The notes below the pieces were generated by a model, which had not been told where the DNA came from, searched no databases, and worked only from the letters and a program-made list of their open reading frames with translations. Made by a program: the position numbers and the translations under genes. 64,000 nucleotides of DNA from an uncultured Bacteriovorax sp. (GTDB lineage Bacteria; Bdellovibrionota; UBA1018): assembly GCA_964432565.1 (NCBI GenBank), contig CAYSOA010000011.1:612-64611 (forward strand), written 5' to 3'. Positions within the stretch are counted from its first letter, which is position 1; the number at the start of each line of letters is the position of its first letter. This document shows positions 18,365 through 26,927 of this stretch, piece after piece.

Positions 18365-18395
18365 CGGCTTAGTATCGGTGCTCAAGGGGAAAATC

Positions 18396-18965
18396 CTAAT
18401 ACACCGGCCCGAGCGGGCGCTTTCCAACGCGCTTCAAAACTTCCGCGCGAAAGCGCAGCCACGGGATCTCGGCAGCGCGGTCGGCGGCGGCCGCCTGTGA
18501 GGGGTGAATCGGAAGCCTTCGAAACCAGTCCTTGGCCTGCGCCACGGCTTCTTCCACCAGCGTGACACCCGACTCGCTCGGTGCGCCGGTCGCGGTGATG
18601 CGAGGAATGCGATAAGAGAGATCGATTCCGCTTTCGATGAACGCTCGATAGTGGGGGTAGGCCCAGACGTAAAACTCGAGCACCGAAGGCAGGTTCATTT
18701 CATGGACTGCTGACTGGATCAGAAACATCCCGTCCGAGGCGGTGTCGCCCGGTGAGGAGACGAGGCGGGCACGGGTCTGCCGCTCCCATTGAGCCTCACT
18801 TTCGCGAACGGCCGTGGCGAGGTCACCGGTGGGCCTGTCTGAATGCAATTCTTCCGCCTGCTCGACCAGTTCAAGGAGTTCTTCCTCTCCCAGGAGGGCC
18901 GCCAGTCGAAGCAGCACCTGTCCATGGGCCTGGAGCAGTTCGGCCAGAAACTCGCAAAGCCTCAT
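18396..18965 (-). CDS. hypothetical protein (189 aa)
   Basis: This is the protein-like C-terminal half of the 374-aa track ORF (MRLCEFLAELLQAHG...). Its ATG forms an ATGA overlap with the stop of the upstream ORF at 18962-18965. I recognise no family. Confidence 0.5.
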   Translation of the reverse strand: MRLCEFLAELLQAHGQVLLRLAALLGEEELLELVEQAEELHSDRPTGDLATAVRESEAQWERQTRARLVSSPGDTASDGMFLIQSAVHEMNLPSVLEFYVWAYPHYRAFIESGIDLSYRIPRITATGAPSESGVTLVEEAVAQAKDWFRRLPIHPSQAAAADRAAEIPWLRFRAEVLKRVGKRPLGPVY

Positions 18966-19570
18966 GTCGGGCCCTCCCATTCTCGAGGAGCCTTGGAAAC
19001 GAGGTGCATCCATCGCCACTGCCGCTGATCTCCCGATGGGGTCAGGCAGCTCACGGCCAGGACGACGCCGGATCGGGAGAGTTCGTTTTCGCGATCCATG
19101 GCCCGTGCTGCGAACTCCTGCAACCCCAGGGTCTCGTCGAGGGCTTCGAGAGACCATCGGGGATTGCCCAGGGCGGCCCGGTAGATCAGTCGCTCCCACG
19201 CACGATCGGGCCGGTTGAGAAATTCGGGCAGCGACGGCGTAGGGTCTTGAGCGGGCGCCGAGCTCCTGGCCGGTGTGACCGGAGCATGATGCAGGTCGTC
19301 CGGAAGGACTTCGATGTGTTCGAGGTGCGCTTGAAGCATGGGCGACGAAAGCCCGTCCCACTTTTCGGGCAGTGCTTCGAGAAGGGCGTGGCAATCCTGA
19401 ATCTCGGGCGCTGGCTTTCTGGAAGGATCTGCCAGAACCTCGTTCAGCAGACGGTGCTCGACCCGAAACCAGTCCCGAAGTCTGGCCATGCGGCGAACCG
19501 GATCCGAGCTCTGCACCCAAAAGTGGCGCACGCGATTCAGCTCTTGCTGGTGCTGCGTGATTGCGTCCAT
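18962..19570 (-). CDS. hypothetical protein (about 200 aa)
   Basis: ORF with balanced, helical composition (MDAITQHQQELNRVRHFW...). It is ATGA-coupled to the next gene. The start is uncertain: 19570, or the Met at 19489. Confidence 0.5.
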   Translation of the reverse strand: MDAITQHQQELNRVRHFWVQSSDPVRRMARLRDWFRVEHRLLNEVLADPSRKPAPEIQDCHALLEALPEKWDGLSSPMLQAHLEHIEVLPDDLHHAPVTPARSSAPAQDPTPSLPEFLNRPDRAWERLIYRAALGNPRWSLEALDETLGLQEFAARAMDRENELSRSGVVLAVSCLTPSGDQRQWRWMHLVSKAPREWEGPT

Positions 19571-19941
19571 TGTTTCAGGGCGTTCAAGACGCCGGGGTCA
19601 TCGAGGGCCTTCATCGCCTTCGCCTTGATCGAGGCCTCGACCGTTCGACGGGGCACGCTCGGTCGTTCGTTCAGGGCTCGGCTGGCTGCTTCCTCGCGTT
19701 CCTGTTGAGCCCGTTTCTCGGCAGCGAGCTTTGCCCTTTCCATCAGGCTGTCACGAGCCAGTCGCTCGAGCGCATTCCAGCCGCGCATCAGCTCGGCCGT
19801 GCGAAGCGTCTGGGTCCATCCCATCAGCGATGCTTCGAAATCAGGCGAAAGATCGAGCAGCCCTTCGGCGAGCTCTGGAAGCTGGGCCAGGAACTGGGCA
19901 TTGGTGACGGGAGGAAGGCTTCCCTTCAGGCCGTGATCCAA
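19537..19941 (-). CDS. hypothetical coiled-coil protein (134 aa)
   Basis: Charged helical segment RAKLAAEKRAQQEREEAASRAL. It overlaps the upstream gene by 16 nt. Confidence 0.5.
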   Translation of the reverse strand: MDHGLKGSLPPVTNAQFLAQLPELAEGLLDLSPDFEASLMGWTQTLRTAELMRGWNALERLARDSLMERAKLAAEKRAQQEREEAASRALNERPSVPRRTVEASIKAKAMKALDDPGVLNALKQWTQSRSTSKS

Positions 19942-20396
19942 AGCTCACCTCCCTCAGGAATGGCGCGCGCCAGTGATTGAATGCTCTTTTCTGGAAAGTC
20001 CGTCCTCGAAACGGCCCATGCAATACTGCCGAGCCTTTTGAGGTTTTGTTCGATGGCCGACTGCGACTGCGCGGGAATCGTTCCGCGGCTCCCCACGGGG
20101 GATAGGGGACCGACGCCGAGTGCCAGAAGGTGCAGCGTGCGTCCGTGTCGAGTCCAGGGAATGTAAGCGCACTCCCCGACCGCGCCGGTGAAGATGCCCT
20201 GGCGAATCGAGCGACTGAGGCTTCCATGAGTCTGCCAGTCGAAGATGCCGGCCCAGCCCAAAGGGGGGCGTTCGGACGCCGAAAGAACCACGATGCAGCC
20301 CGTCGCCGAGCCCTCGTTGACGAGTTGATCCAGAGGAAGTGGAGACTCCTTTCCGGTCTGGTCATCCGAAGCTTGATGGGGCGGTGATCGTTTCAT
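19926..20396 (-). CDS. stand-alone M17 (leucyl aminopeptidase) N-terminal-like / macro-fold domain protein
   Basis: The pattern CIVVLSASE...GWAGIFDWQTHGSLSRSI..GIFTGAVGECAYIP....GRTLHLLALGVG parallels the PepA N-terminal domain (CIVVGVFE...GKPGQTLLL....RILLIGCG). There is no catalytic C-terminal domain. GGGAG lies 4 nt upstream of the ATG at 20396. Confidence 0.55.
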   Translation of the reverse strand: MKRSPPHQASDDQTGKESPLPLDQLVNEGSATGCIVVLSASERPPLGWAGIFDWQTHGSLSRSIRQGIFTGAVGECAYIPWTRHGRTLHLLALGVGPLSPVGSRGTIPAQSQSAIEQNLKRLGSIAWAVSRTDFPEKSIQSLARAIPEGGELWITA

Positions 20397-20491
20397 GGGC
20401 TCCCTGGGGCGCCTTCGTCCTGAAGGCACCTCTGGTTTCCATCATCGCCTGTGGGCCGGAAGGCGGTCAAGGACTCGGATGGGGCAGACGG

Positions 20492-20968
20492 TCAGCTGCG
20501 TTTTTCTCGTGCGATCTGGTCATGAATGCCGTTGATGTAGGGAGGCGAGTCGGCTGCGCTGAACTGCTTTGCAAGCTCGATAGCCTCGTTAATGGTTACC
20601 GACGGAGGAATGTCGATCTGGGTCGTCAGTTCGAACACCGCCATGCGCAGCAGGTTTCGGTCGATGGCGGCCATCCGAGAGAGCTTCCACTGGGTTTGTG
20701 ACTCCTCGATGAGTCCGTCGATTTTCTGACGTTCTCGAAGCGTTCCCGCCGCCAGCTCCGCAGCGAATTCGCGCTGTCCTTCGGGTACCAAAAAATGAGC
20801 GAAGTGCGAGGAGAGTTCTGCTGCCAGGCGGTGCGGCTGGGCGACCAGGGCTTCGATCTCCGAGGCAGGCACCGAGTCCATGCGGTAGAGAATCTGCAGT
20901 GCCGCTTCGCGGCCCTGGCGTCGGGATCCAGAGGACTTCGTTTGTTTGAGTAAGGACTCGTCGGACAT
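20492..20968 (-). CDS. nusB: transcription antitermination factor NusB
   Basis: GREAALQILYRMD..., DRNLLRMAVFEL, and a C-terminus INEAIELAKQFS...YINGI typical of NusB. Confidence 0.9.
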   Translation of the reverse strand: MSDESLLKQTKSSGSRRQGREAALQILYRMDSVPASEIEALVAQPHRLAAELSSHFAHFLVPEGQREFAAELAAGTLRERQKIDGLIEESQTQWKLSRMAAIDRNLLRMAVFELTTQIDIPPSVTINEAIELAKQFSAADSPPYINGIHDQIAREKRS

Positions 20969-21000
20969 CGGGGTGCTCCTGGTTGCAATGAAAAGCGGTG

Positions 21001-21525
21001 TCAGCCTCGTGAAGGTTCGGATGAAGGAGATGCTGCGAAGGGAAAAACCAGCAAGGACGGATCTTCGTCGGTCGTTGGGGGTTCTTGCAGGCTCAACTCC
21101 GCGACGAACTCTTCGACATCCTGAAAATCACGATAGACGGAAGCAAAACGGACATAGGCCACCTTGTCGAGGCGATGCAGCTCCTGCATGACCATCTGGC
21201 CAATCGTCCGCGAGGGAAGTTCCTTCAGCCCGTAGCTTTGAATCCGCTTCTCGATTCGTGCCACCGATTCTTCGACCTGATGCATCGTCACCGGCCGTTT
21301 CTGGCAGGATTTCTGGATGCCCTCGAGCACTTTGGCGCGATGGAAGGGTTCGCGCCTGCCGTCCTTCTTGATCACGGCCGGCATGACCTCCTCGACTCGC
21401 TCGTAGGTCGTGAAGCGCCCATCGCAGTGCGGGCACTCGCGCCTGCGCCGGGTGATGTCGCCGCTCTGGTTGATGCGCGAGTCGATGACTTTGGTCTCGA
21501 CCGTCGAGCAATACGGACAGCGCAT
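21001..21525 (-). CDS. nrdR: transcriptional repressor NrdR
   Basis: MRCPYC...TKVIDSR...RRRRECPHCDGRFTTYE zinc ribbon plus an ATP-cone domain. TGATG overlap with the glyA stop. Confidence 0.95.
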   Translation of the reverse strand: MRCPYCSTVETKVIDSRINQSGDITRRRRECPHCDGRFTTYERVEEVMPAVIKKDGRREPFHRAKVLEGIQKSCQKRPVTMHQVEESVARIEKRIQSYGLKELPSRTIGQMVMQELHRLDKVAYVRFASVYRDFQDVEEFVAELSLQEPPTTDEDPSLLVFPFAASPSSEPSRG

Positions 21526-22874
21526 CAGCAACAGCCCCCATTGGGGTCGCAGCACGAACCTCCCGAGTCCTCGTCGACGTCGTATCCATCGTCCTCGCTA
21601 TAGACCGGAAAACCGTCACAGAGCTCGCGCACCTCGTGACGAACCCGCTCGATCGTCGTTTCATTGCCACGGGATTCGAGCACTTCGGCAATCCAGGCAG
21701 CGACCTGCTTCATTTCGGTCTCGGCCATGCCGCGCGTGGTGAGGGCGGGAGTACCCAGGCGAATGCCGCTCGTGACGAACGGGCTTCGCTTCTCGTGGGG
21801 TACGGTGTTCTTGTTCACGGTCAGGCCCGCCTGATCGAGCCAGGTCTCGGCGTCCTTTCCTGTGATTTCCCCCGCGCCCACCGTCGAGCGTGAGAGGTCG
21901 ACGAGCATCAGGTGGTTGTCGGTACCGCCCGTCACGATATGAAAGCCCTTCTCGATGAGTGCCGACGCGAGCGTCTGGGCGTTGAGAATGACCTGCTTCT
22001 GGTAGAGCGTGAAGGACGGCTGCAGGGCTTCGCCGAAGGCCACGGCCTTGGCGGCAATGACGTGCATGAGCGGGCCGCCCTGAATTCCGGGAAAGATCCA
22101 GGAATTGACGGCCTTGAGCCTCTCATTCGAGCAGAGGATGATACCGCCGCGGGGACCACGAAGCGTCTTGTGCGTCGTCGAGGTGACGTAGGTGGCATGA
22201 GGAACGGGGGACGGGTGCAGTCCGGCCGCCACCAGTCCCGAAATGTGGGCCATGTCGACGACGAATTCGGCACCGGCTTCGCGGGCGATGCTTCCCATGG
22301 TTTCGAAGTCGATGATGCGCGAGTACGCGCTCGCTCCGGCCACCAGCACCTTCGGGCGCTCGCGCAGAGCCTGCTCGCGAATGAGGTCGTAATCCAGTCG
22401 CTCGGTTTCCGGGTTCAGACCGTAATGGACGGCCTCGAAGAGTCTGCCGCTGAAATTCACCGGCGAGCCATGGGTCAGATGTCCTCCGTCTGAAAGGCTC
22501 ATTCCCAGAATCTTGTCTCCCGGCTGCAGGAGGGCGAGGTAAACGGCCATATTGGCCTGTGACCCCGAGTGGGGCTGAACATTGGCCGCTTCTGATCCGT
22601 AGAGCCTGCAAAGGCGTTCGATCGCCAGCTTCTCGGCGGCATCTGCAAAGGTGCATCCACCATAGTAGCGCTTTCCGGGATAGCCTTCGGCGTACTTGTT
22701 GGTCAGGATGGAGCCCTGAGTCTCCATGACGGCTCGGCTGGCGTAGTTCTCCGAAGCGATCAGTTCAAGACCATGCTCTTCGCGAAGGTACTCATCATCG
22801 AGAATGCGGGCCATTTCGAGATCCGAATCGACGAGCATCTGGTCGAAAGTGGGGGAGTGCGTTCGCTTCATCAT
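21525..22874 (-). CDS. glyA: serine hydroxymethyltransferase with an unusual acidic/Cys-rich C-terminal tail
   Basis: [20 protein letters not shown] and [12 protein letters not shown] (PLP lysine). About 25 extra residues follow the usual ...FPVY end: [24 protein letters not shown]. Confidence 0.97.
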   Translation of the reverse strand: MMKRTHSPTFDQMLVDSDLEMARILDDEYLREEHGLELIASENYASRAVMETQGSILTNKYAEGYPGKRYYGGCTFADAAEKLAIERLCRLYGSEAANVQPHSGSQANMAVYLALLQPGDKILGMSLSDGGHLTHGSPVNFSGRLFEAVHYGLNPETERLDYDLIREQALRERPKVLVAGASAYSRIIDFETMGSIAREAGAEFVVDMAHISGLVAAGLHPSPVPHATYVTSTTHKTLRGPRGGIILCSNERLKAVNSWIFPGIQGGPLMHVIAAKAVAFGEALQPSFTLYQKQVILNAQTLASALIEKGFHIVTGGTDNHLMLVDLSRSTVGAGEITGKDAETWLDQAGLTVNKNTVPHEKRSPFVTSGIRLGTPALTTRGMAETEMKQVAAWIAEVLESRGNETTIERVRHEVRELCDGFPVYSEDDGYDVDEDSGGSCCDPNGGCC

Positions 22875-23356
22875 GAGTTCTCCGTCTTGCCTTCGAGTTC
22901 CGAAATCTTCTTCAGGCGCATGCAGTGCCGGGGATCGCCGCTGAAGGTGCTTTCAAGCCAGACTCGAGCGATCTCCGCCCCATATTCAGGCGCTAGAAAT
23001 CGCGAACCCAGGCAGAGAATATTCGCATCGTTGTGCTCACGCGATAGCCGAGCGGACACCGGATTCTCGACAAGCGCTGCACGAACTCCAGGGATCTTGT
23101 TGGCGGCGATGCTCATGCCAATGCCGCTCCCACAGATCAGGATTCCCAGAGACCCCTCGCCGTTTCCGTTTCGCTTTGAGATTTCGTGTCCCAACTTCCG
23201 CGCAAAATCGGGGTAGTCCACGCTGTTTTCAGAATCGATCGGTCCCAGGTCCTGCCAGTCGAATCCCGAAAGCAGCTGCTGGATGGCGGCTTTCAGGGCA
23301 AAGCCCGCGTGGTCTGAGGCGATCCAGATCTTACGCTTCGGGCTGTCCGGGGTCAT
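22871..23356 (-). CDS. rpiB: ribose-5-phosphate isomerase B
   Basis: [49 protein letters not shown] lies 9 nt upstream of the ATG at 23356; the track TTG start at 23377 is less likely. Confidence 0.9.
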   Translation of the reverse strand: MTPDSPKRKIWIASDHAGFALKAAIQQLLSGFDWQDLGPIDSENSVDYPDFARKLGHEISKRNGNGEGSLGILICGSGIGMSIAANKIPGVRAALVENPVSARLSREHNDANILCLGSRFLAPEYGAEIARVWLESTFSGDPRHCMRLKKISELEGKTENS

Positions 23357-23360
23357 CTGG

Positions 23361-24680
23361 TCAAACCTTCCCGACAATCAGCGAAGCGTTGGTTCCGCCA
23401 AATCCAAAGCTGTTCGAGAGGGCGTAGTCAAACCTCTTCTTCGCGGCGTGGTTCGCCGTGAAGTCGATTCCCGTCTCCGCGCAGCCTGGATCGAGGTTTT
23501 CGAGGTTGATCGTGGGCGGAATGACGCCTTCTTTCACCGCGAGAAGTGAAAAGATGGCTTCAATGGCGCCAGCCGCACCGAGGAGGTGTCCCGTCATCGA
23601 CTTGGTCGAGCTGATGTGGAGGTGCTTCGATGCATTCGGGAAAACACGTGCGATAGCGCGCGCTTCTTCGACATCACCGGCAGGAGTCGACGTGCCGTGG
23701 GCATTGACGTAGCCCACCTGATCCGGGTTGATTCCGGCATCACGAAGGGCCATGGTCATGGCGCGTCCGCCGCCTTCACCCTCCGGTGCGGGTGAGGTCA
23801 TGTGGTAGGCGTCGGCCGACAGGCCGTAGCCCTTGATTTCGCCATAAATCTTCGCGCCGCGCTTTTTGGCGTGCTCGTATTCTTCGAGGATGAGTACTGC
23901 GCCGCCTTCACCCATGACAAAACCGTCACGGCCCGTATCGAACGGCCGCGAGGCTTTCGTGGGTTCGTCATTCCGGGTCGAAAGCGCGCGCATCACGGCA
24001 AAGCCACCGATCCCGAGCTTGCTGATGACGGCCTCTGCCCCGCCCGTGACCATGATGTCGGCATCGCCGCGAACGATCATGCGGAAGGATTCGCCGATAC
24101 TATGGGCGCTTGACGAGCAGGCGGTGACATTGCAGAGGTTCGGGCCCTTGAGATCGAGCAGCATGCTCAGGTGTCCGGCGGCCAGGTTGGGAATCACCTG
24201 TGGAATGAAAAACGGGGTGATGCGCTTGTAGCCCTTGGTGATGAGCGTGTCGTAAACATCGGCGATCTCCGGAAGTCCGCCCATGCCCACACCGATATTG
24301 CAGCCCATGCGTTCGGGGTTGATGGTCGAGCGATGGGCGTCGAGGCCCGAGTCGGCATAGGCATCCAGTCCGGCGGCAAGCGCCAGATGGATGAATCGCC
24401 CCATCTTGCGCATCTCTTTTGCGTTCGCGGCCTGTGTGAGGGGGGCGGCGTCGGTCTGGTGGGGGCGCGGCTGGAAGGGGCCCACGGTCTTGGTGACATC
24501 GAAGCCCTTGACCTCTCCGGCAATGGTCACAGGACAATCGGTCAGATCGAACAGGGTGATTCGGTCGATTCCCGAGCGACCCTCGATGGCATTGTTCCAG
24601 ACTTCACCGATGCTCTGACCCAGCGGACAAACGGCACCGAGTCCTGTCACGACAACCCTGCGATCGAAAGTGCTGCTCAT
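23361..24680 (-). CDS. fabF: 3-oxoacyl-ACP synthase II
   Basis: VVVTGLGAV, the active-site region CNVTACSSSAHSIG, NAHGTSTP, and SNSFGFGGTNASL. Confidence 0.95.
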   Translation of the reverse strand: MSSTFDRRVVVTGLGAVCPLGQSIGEVWNNAIEGRSGIDRITLFDLTDCPVTIAGEVKGFDVTKTVGPFQPRPHQTDAAPLTQAANAKEMRKMGRFIHLALAAGLDAYADSGLDAHRSTINPERMGCNIGVGMGGLPEIADVYDTLITKGYKRITPFFIPQVIPNLAAGHLSMLLDLKGPNLCNVTACSSSAHSIGESFRMIVRGDADIMVTGGAEAVISKLGIGGFAVMRALSTRNDEPTKASRPFDTGRDGFVMGEGGAVLILEEYEHAKKRGAKIYGEIKGYGLSADAYHMTSPAPEGEGGGRAMTMALRDAGINPDQVGYVNAHGTSTPAGDVEEARAIARVFPNASKHLHISSTKSMTGHLLGAAGAIEAIFSLLAVKEGVIPPTINLENLDPGCAETGIDFTANHAAKKRFDYALSNSFGFGGTNASLIVGKV

Positions 24681-24713
24681 GAATAAGCCCCCTATCAATG
24701 CACTCTGAAATGA

Positions 24714-24758
24714 ATCGGGACGCACGGAAGCGCCGATGGCCCCCCGGTGCGTCCCGAT
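24714..24758 (-). promoter_or_regulatory. 12-bp perfect stem-loop in the acpP-fabF intergenic region
   Basis: ATCGGGACGCAC (24714-24725) and GTGCGTCCCGAT (24747-24758) are exact reverse complements with a 21-nt loop. It sits between the acpP stop and the fabF RBS (GGGGG). Confidence 0.6.
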
Positions 24759-24786
24759 GGAAAAACTCACAAACTCGCGAAAGACC

Positions 24787-25029
24787 TTAGTGGGTCGTCT
24801 TCGAGGCGATGTACTTCACCACGTCACCAACGGTCTTCATCTTCTCGGCATCTTCATCAGGGATGTCGAGATCAAACTCTTCTTCCATCTGCATGACGAG
24901 TTCGACAATGTCGAGGCTGTCGGCGCCGAGGTCTTCGATAAACGAGGCCGTAGGGGTCACCTTCTCAGCTTCAACGGCAAGCTGGTCGCAGATCAGGGTT
25001 TTGACTCTTTCTTCCAAGGAAGCAGACAT
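24787..25029 (-). CDS. acpP: acyl carrier protein
   Basis: [19 protein letters not shown], with the phosphopantetheine Ser in DSL. Confidence 0.97.
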   Translation of the reverse strand: MSASLEERVKTLICDQLAVEAEKVTPTASFIEDLGADSLDIVELVMQMEEEFDLDIPDEDAEKMKTVGDVVKYIASKTTH

Positions 25030-25080
25030 GCTTTTTCTCTCCAAAAATGGTCCGGAAGGCTCAGGCCTGCCGGGCTTTCT

Positions 25081-25833
25081 TTACATGTATAATCCGCCAT
25101 TCACTCCAATCACCTGTCCGGTGATGTAGCGACTTGCCGAGGAAGCAAGGAACGCAACGACGTTCGCCACGTCCTCTGGTTCTGCGACAAATCCCAGCGG
25201 AATGTTGCGCAGCATTCCCTCTTTTTGGGCCTCCGTCAAGTCCTGAGTCATGTCGGTTGCGACGAACCCGGGAGTGATGACATTGGCTCGAACTCCGCGA
25301 CTTCCCAGCTCTTTTGCCACACTCTTGGTAAAGCCGATCAGCCCCGCCTTGGCTGCCGAGTAGGCGCCCTGACCGGCATTGCCCATCTCTCCGATGACCG
25401 AAGAAATCTGGATGATGCTGCCTGCGCGCGCTCGCATCATTCCCCGGGTGGCCGCCCGAGTGCAGTAGATGGCGCCCTTGAGGTCGACATCGAGGGTCTT
25501 GTCGAGGTCTTCATCCTTGAGGCGCATTAAAAGTCCGTCGATGGTGATACCCGCGTTATTCACCAGAACGGCAAGCGGGGCACCATGGGCTTTCGTGACC
25601 CGGTCGAGCGCTTCGTCCACTTCGACCGAGGAGGCGACGTTGAAGCCGCAAAGTTCAGCCGAGCCTCCGGCGGTGCGGATTTCGTCGACCACCTTGCGGG
25701 CACGCTCCTCGCTGGAGGCGAAATTCACCAGCACATGAAAGCCGTCGGAGGCCAGTTTTCGACTGATGGCCGCGCCGATCCCGCGGGAGGCGCCAGTGAC
25801 CAGAGCCAGGGGTTTTTTGCTTGCTTCAGACAT
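25081..25833 (-). CDS. fabG: 3-oxoacyl-ACP reductase
   Basis: ALVTGASRGIG, NNAGI, YSAAKAG, and a C-terminus TGQVIGVNGGLYM. Confidence 0.95.
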   Translation of the reverse strand: MSEASKKPLALVTGASRGIGAAISRKLASDGFHVLVNFASSEERARKVVDEIRTAGGSAELCGFNVASSVEVDEALDRVTKAHGAPLAVLVNNAGITIDGLLMRLKDEDLDKTLDVDLKGAIYCTRAATRGMMRARAGSIIQISSVIGEMGNAGQGAYSAAKAGLIGFTKSVAKELGSRGVRANVITPGFVATDMTQDLTEAQKEGMLRNIPLGFVAEPEDVANVVAFLASSASRYITGQVIGVNGGLYM

Positions 25834-25858
25834 GACCGGGTTCCTTTCCTGTTGGGCT

Positions 25859-26902
25859 TCAGGCGTTCCAGAGGGTTTCGAGGTTTTTGAGGCCCGCCAG
25901 GTCGCCCATGCCATGCACCGAGCACGGCATCGAGGCCGCCTGACTGATGCGTTTGGCGAGGCCCTGCAGCACTTTTCCGGGGCCAAACTCCACTCCTGTG
26001 GAGAACCCCTGTTCGAGCATCGACAGCATCGATTGCTTCCACAGTACCGGGTGGTCCACCTGTTCGACGAGGAGTTCGAAAACCACTCCCGGCTCACGGG
26101 TCAGTCGCGCCGTCCGATTGGGAACATAGGGACAGCTGGGCAGGGCTGGCCGTTCCGCTGGCGATGCATCCGCAAAAAGGTGTGCCATGCGTTCCCGCGC
26201 CGGAGCCATCAGACGGCAATGGAACGGAGCACTGACGTTCAGGGGAATCGCTTTTCCACCAGCAAACTGAGAATCCCCCTTGATCAGGGCCACCGCTTCG
26301 CTGACGGCGTCTGCCGAGCCCGCGATGACGATCTGGCCGGGAGCGTTGAAGTTGGCGGGCTGGACAATAGCATCGACCGAGAGTTCGGTCTCGGTCGCCG
26401 TACGTCCCGCGCGCTTCAGTCGGGCCGACTCCGTGGCTTTTTCACAGAGGGCGTCAATCCAGTCATCGCCCCCCATCACTGCGGCCATGGCGCCCTCTCC
26501 GGCAGGAACCGCCTTCTGCATGGCGGCGCCTCGCTCACGAACCCAGCGCACGGCCGAGCTCAGGGGCAGGGATCCAGCCGCAACCAGAGCGGAGTACTCC
26601 CCCAGGGAGTGTCCGGCGACGACCGCGGGTTCAAAGCCCAGTTCCTTGCGTGCCACCCGAAATGCAGCGACTGAAACGGTCACCAGGGCCGGCTGGGTAT
26701 TTTCGGTCAGTGTCAGTTCGGCGTCCGGACCCTCGAAGCAAAGCGCCTTCAGGTCCTTGCTGATCGCATCCGATGCTTCCTCGAAGACCTCACGGGCCAC
26801 GCTGAAGTTCTCGAAAAGCTCCTTGCCCATTCCCACGGACTGCGCCCCTTGCCCGGGAAACAACGCCATCCAGTTTTTTGAGGGTGAGCTTGGGGTATTC
26901 AT
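25859..26902 (-). CDS. fabD: malonyl-CoA:ACP transacylase
   Basis: FPGQGAQSVGMG and GHSLGEYSALV. The ATG at 26902 gives a normal length of about 347 aa. Confidence 0.95.
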   Translation of the reverse strand: MNTPSSPSKNWMALFPGQGAQSVGMGKELFENFSVAREVFEEASDAISKDLKALCFEGPDAELTLTENTQPALVTVSVAAFRVARKELGFEPAVVAGHSLGEYSALVAAGSLPLSSAVRWVRERGAAMQKAVPAGEGAMAAVMGGDDWIDALCEKATESARLKRAGRTATETELSVDAIVQPANFNAPGQIVIAGSADAVSEAVALIKGDSQFAGGKAIPLNVSAPFHCRLMAPARERMAHLFADASPAERPALPSCPYVPNRTARLTREPGVVFELLVEQVDHPVLWKQSMLSMLEQGFSTGVEFGPGKVLQGLAKRISQAASMPCSVHGMGDLAGLKNLETLWNA

Positions 26903-26927
26903 GGTTCTGGTCTCCTTGAAAAGAGGT

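Noticed and set aside
18396-19520. The 374-aa minus-strand track ORF read as a single gene.
   Set aside because: Its N-terminal 185 residues are Arg/Ser/Pro/Gly-rich, typical of an out-of-frame reading, and overlap a better ORF (18962-19570) in another frame. An internal ATG at 18965 forms an exact ATGA junction with that ORF's stop. I therefore split it into two genes.
18752-19708. A 318-aa plus-strand ORF across the orphan cassette.
   Set aside because: Its composition (R, G, P-rich, many Cys and His in odd contexts) is typical of antisense reading of GC-rich coding DNA. It conflicts with two coupled minus-strand ORFs.
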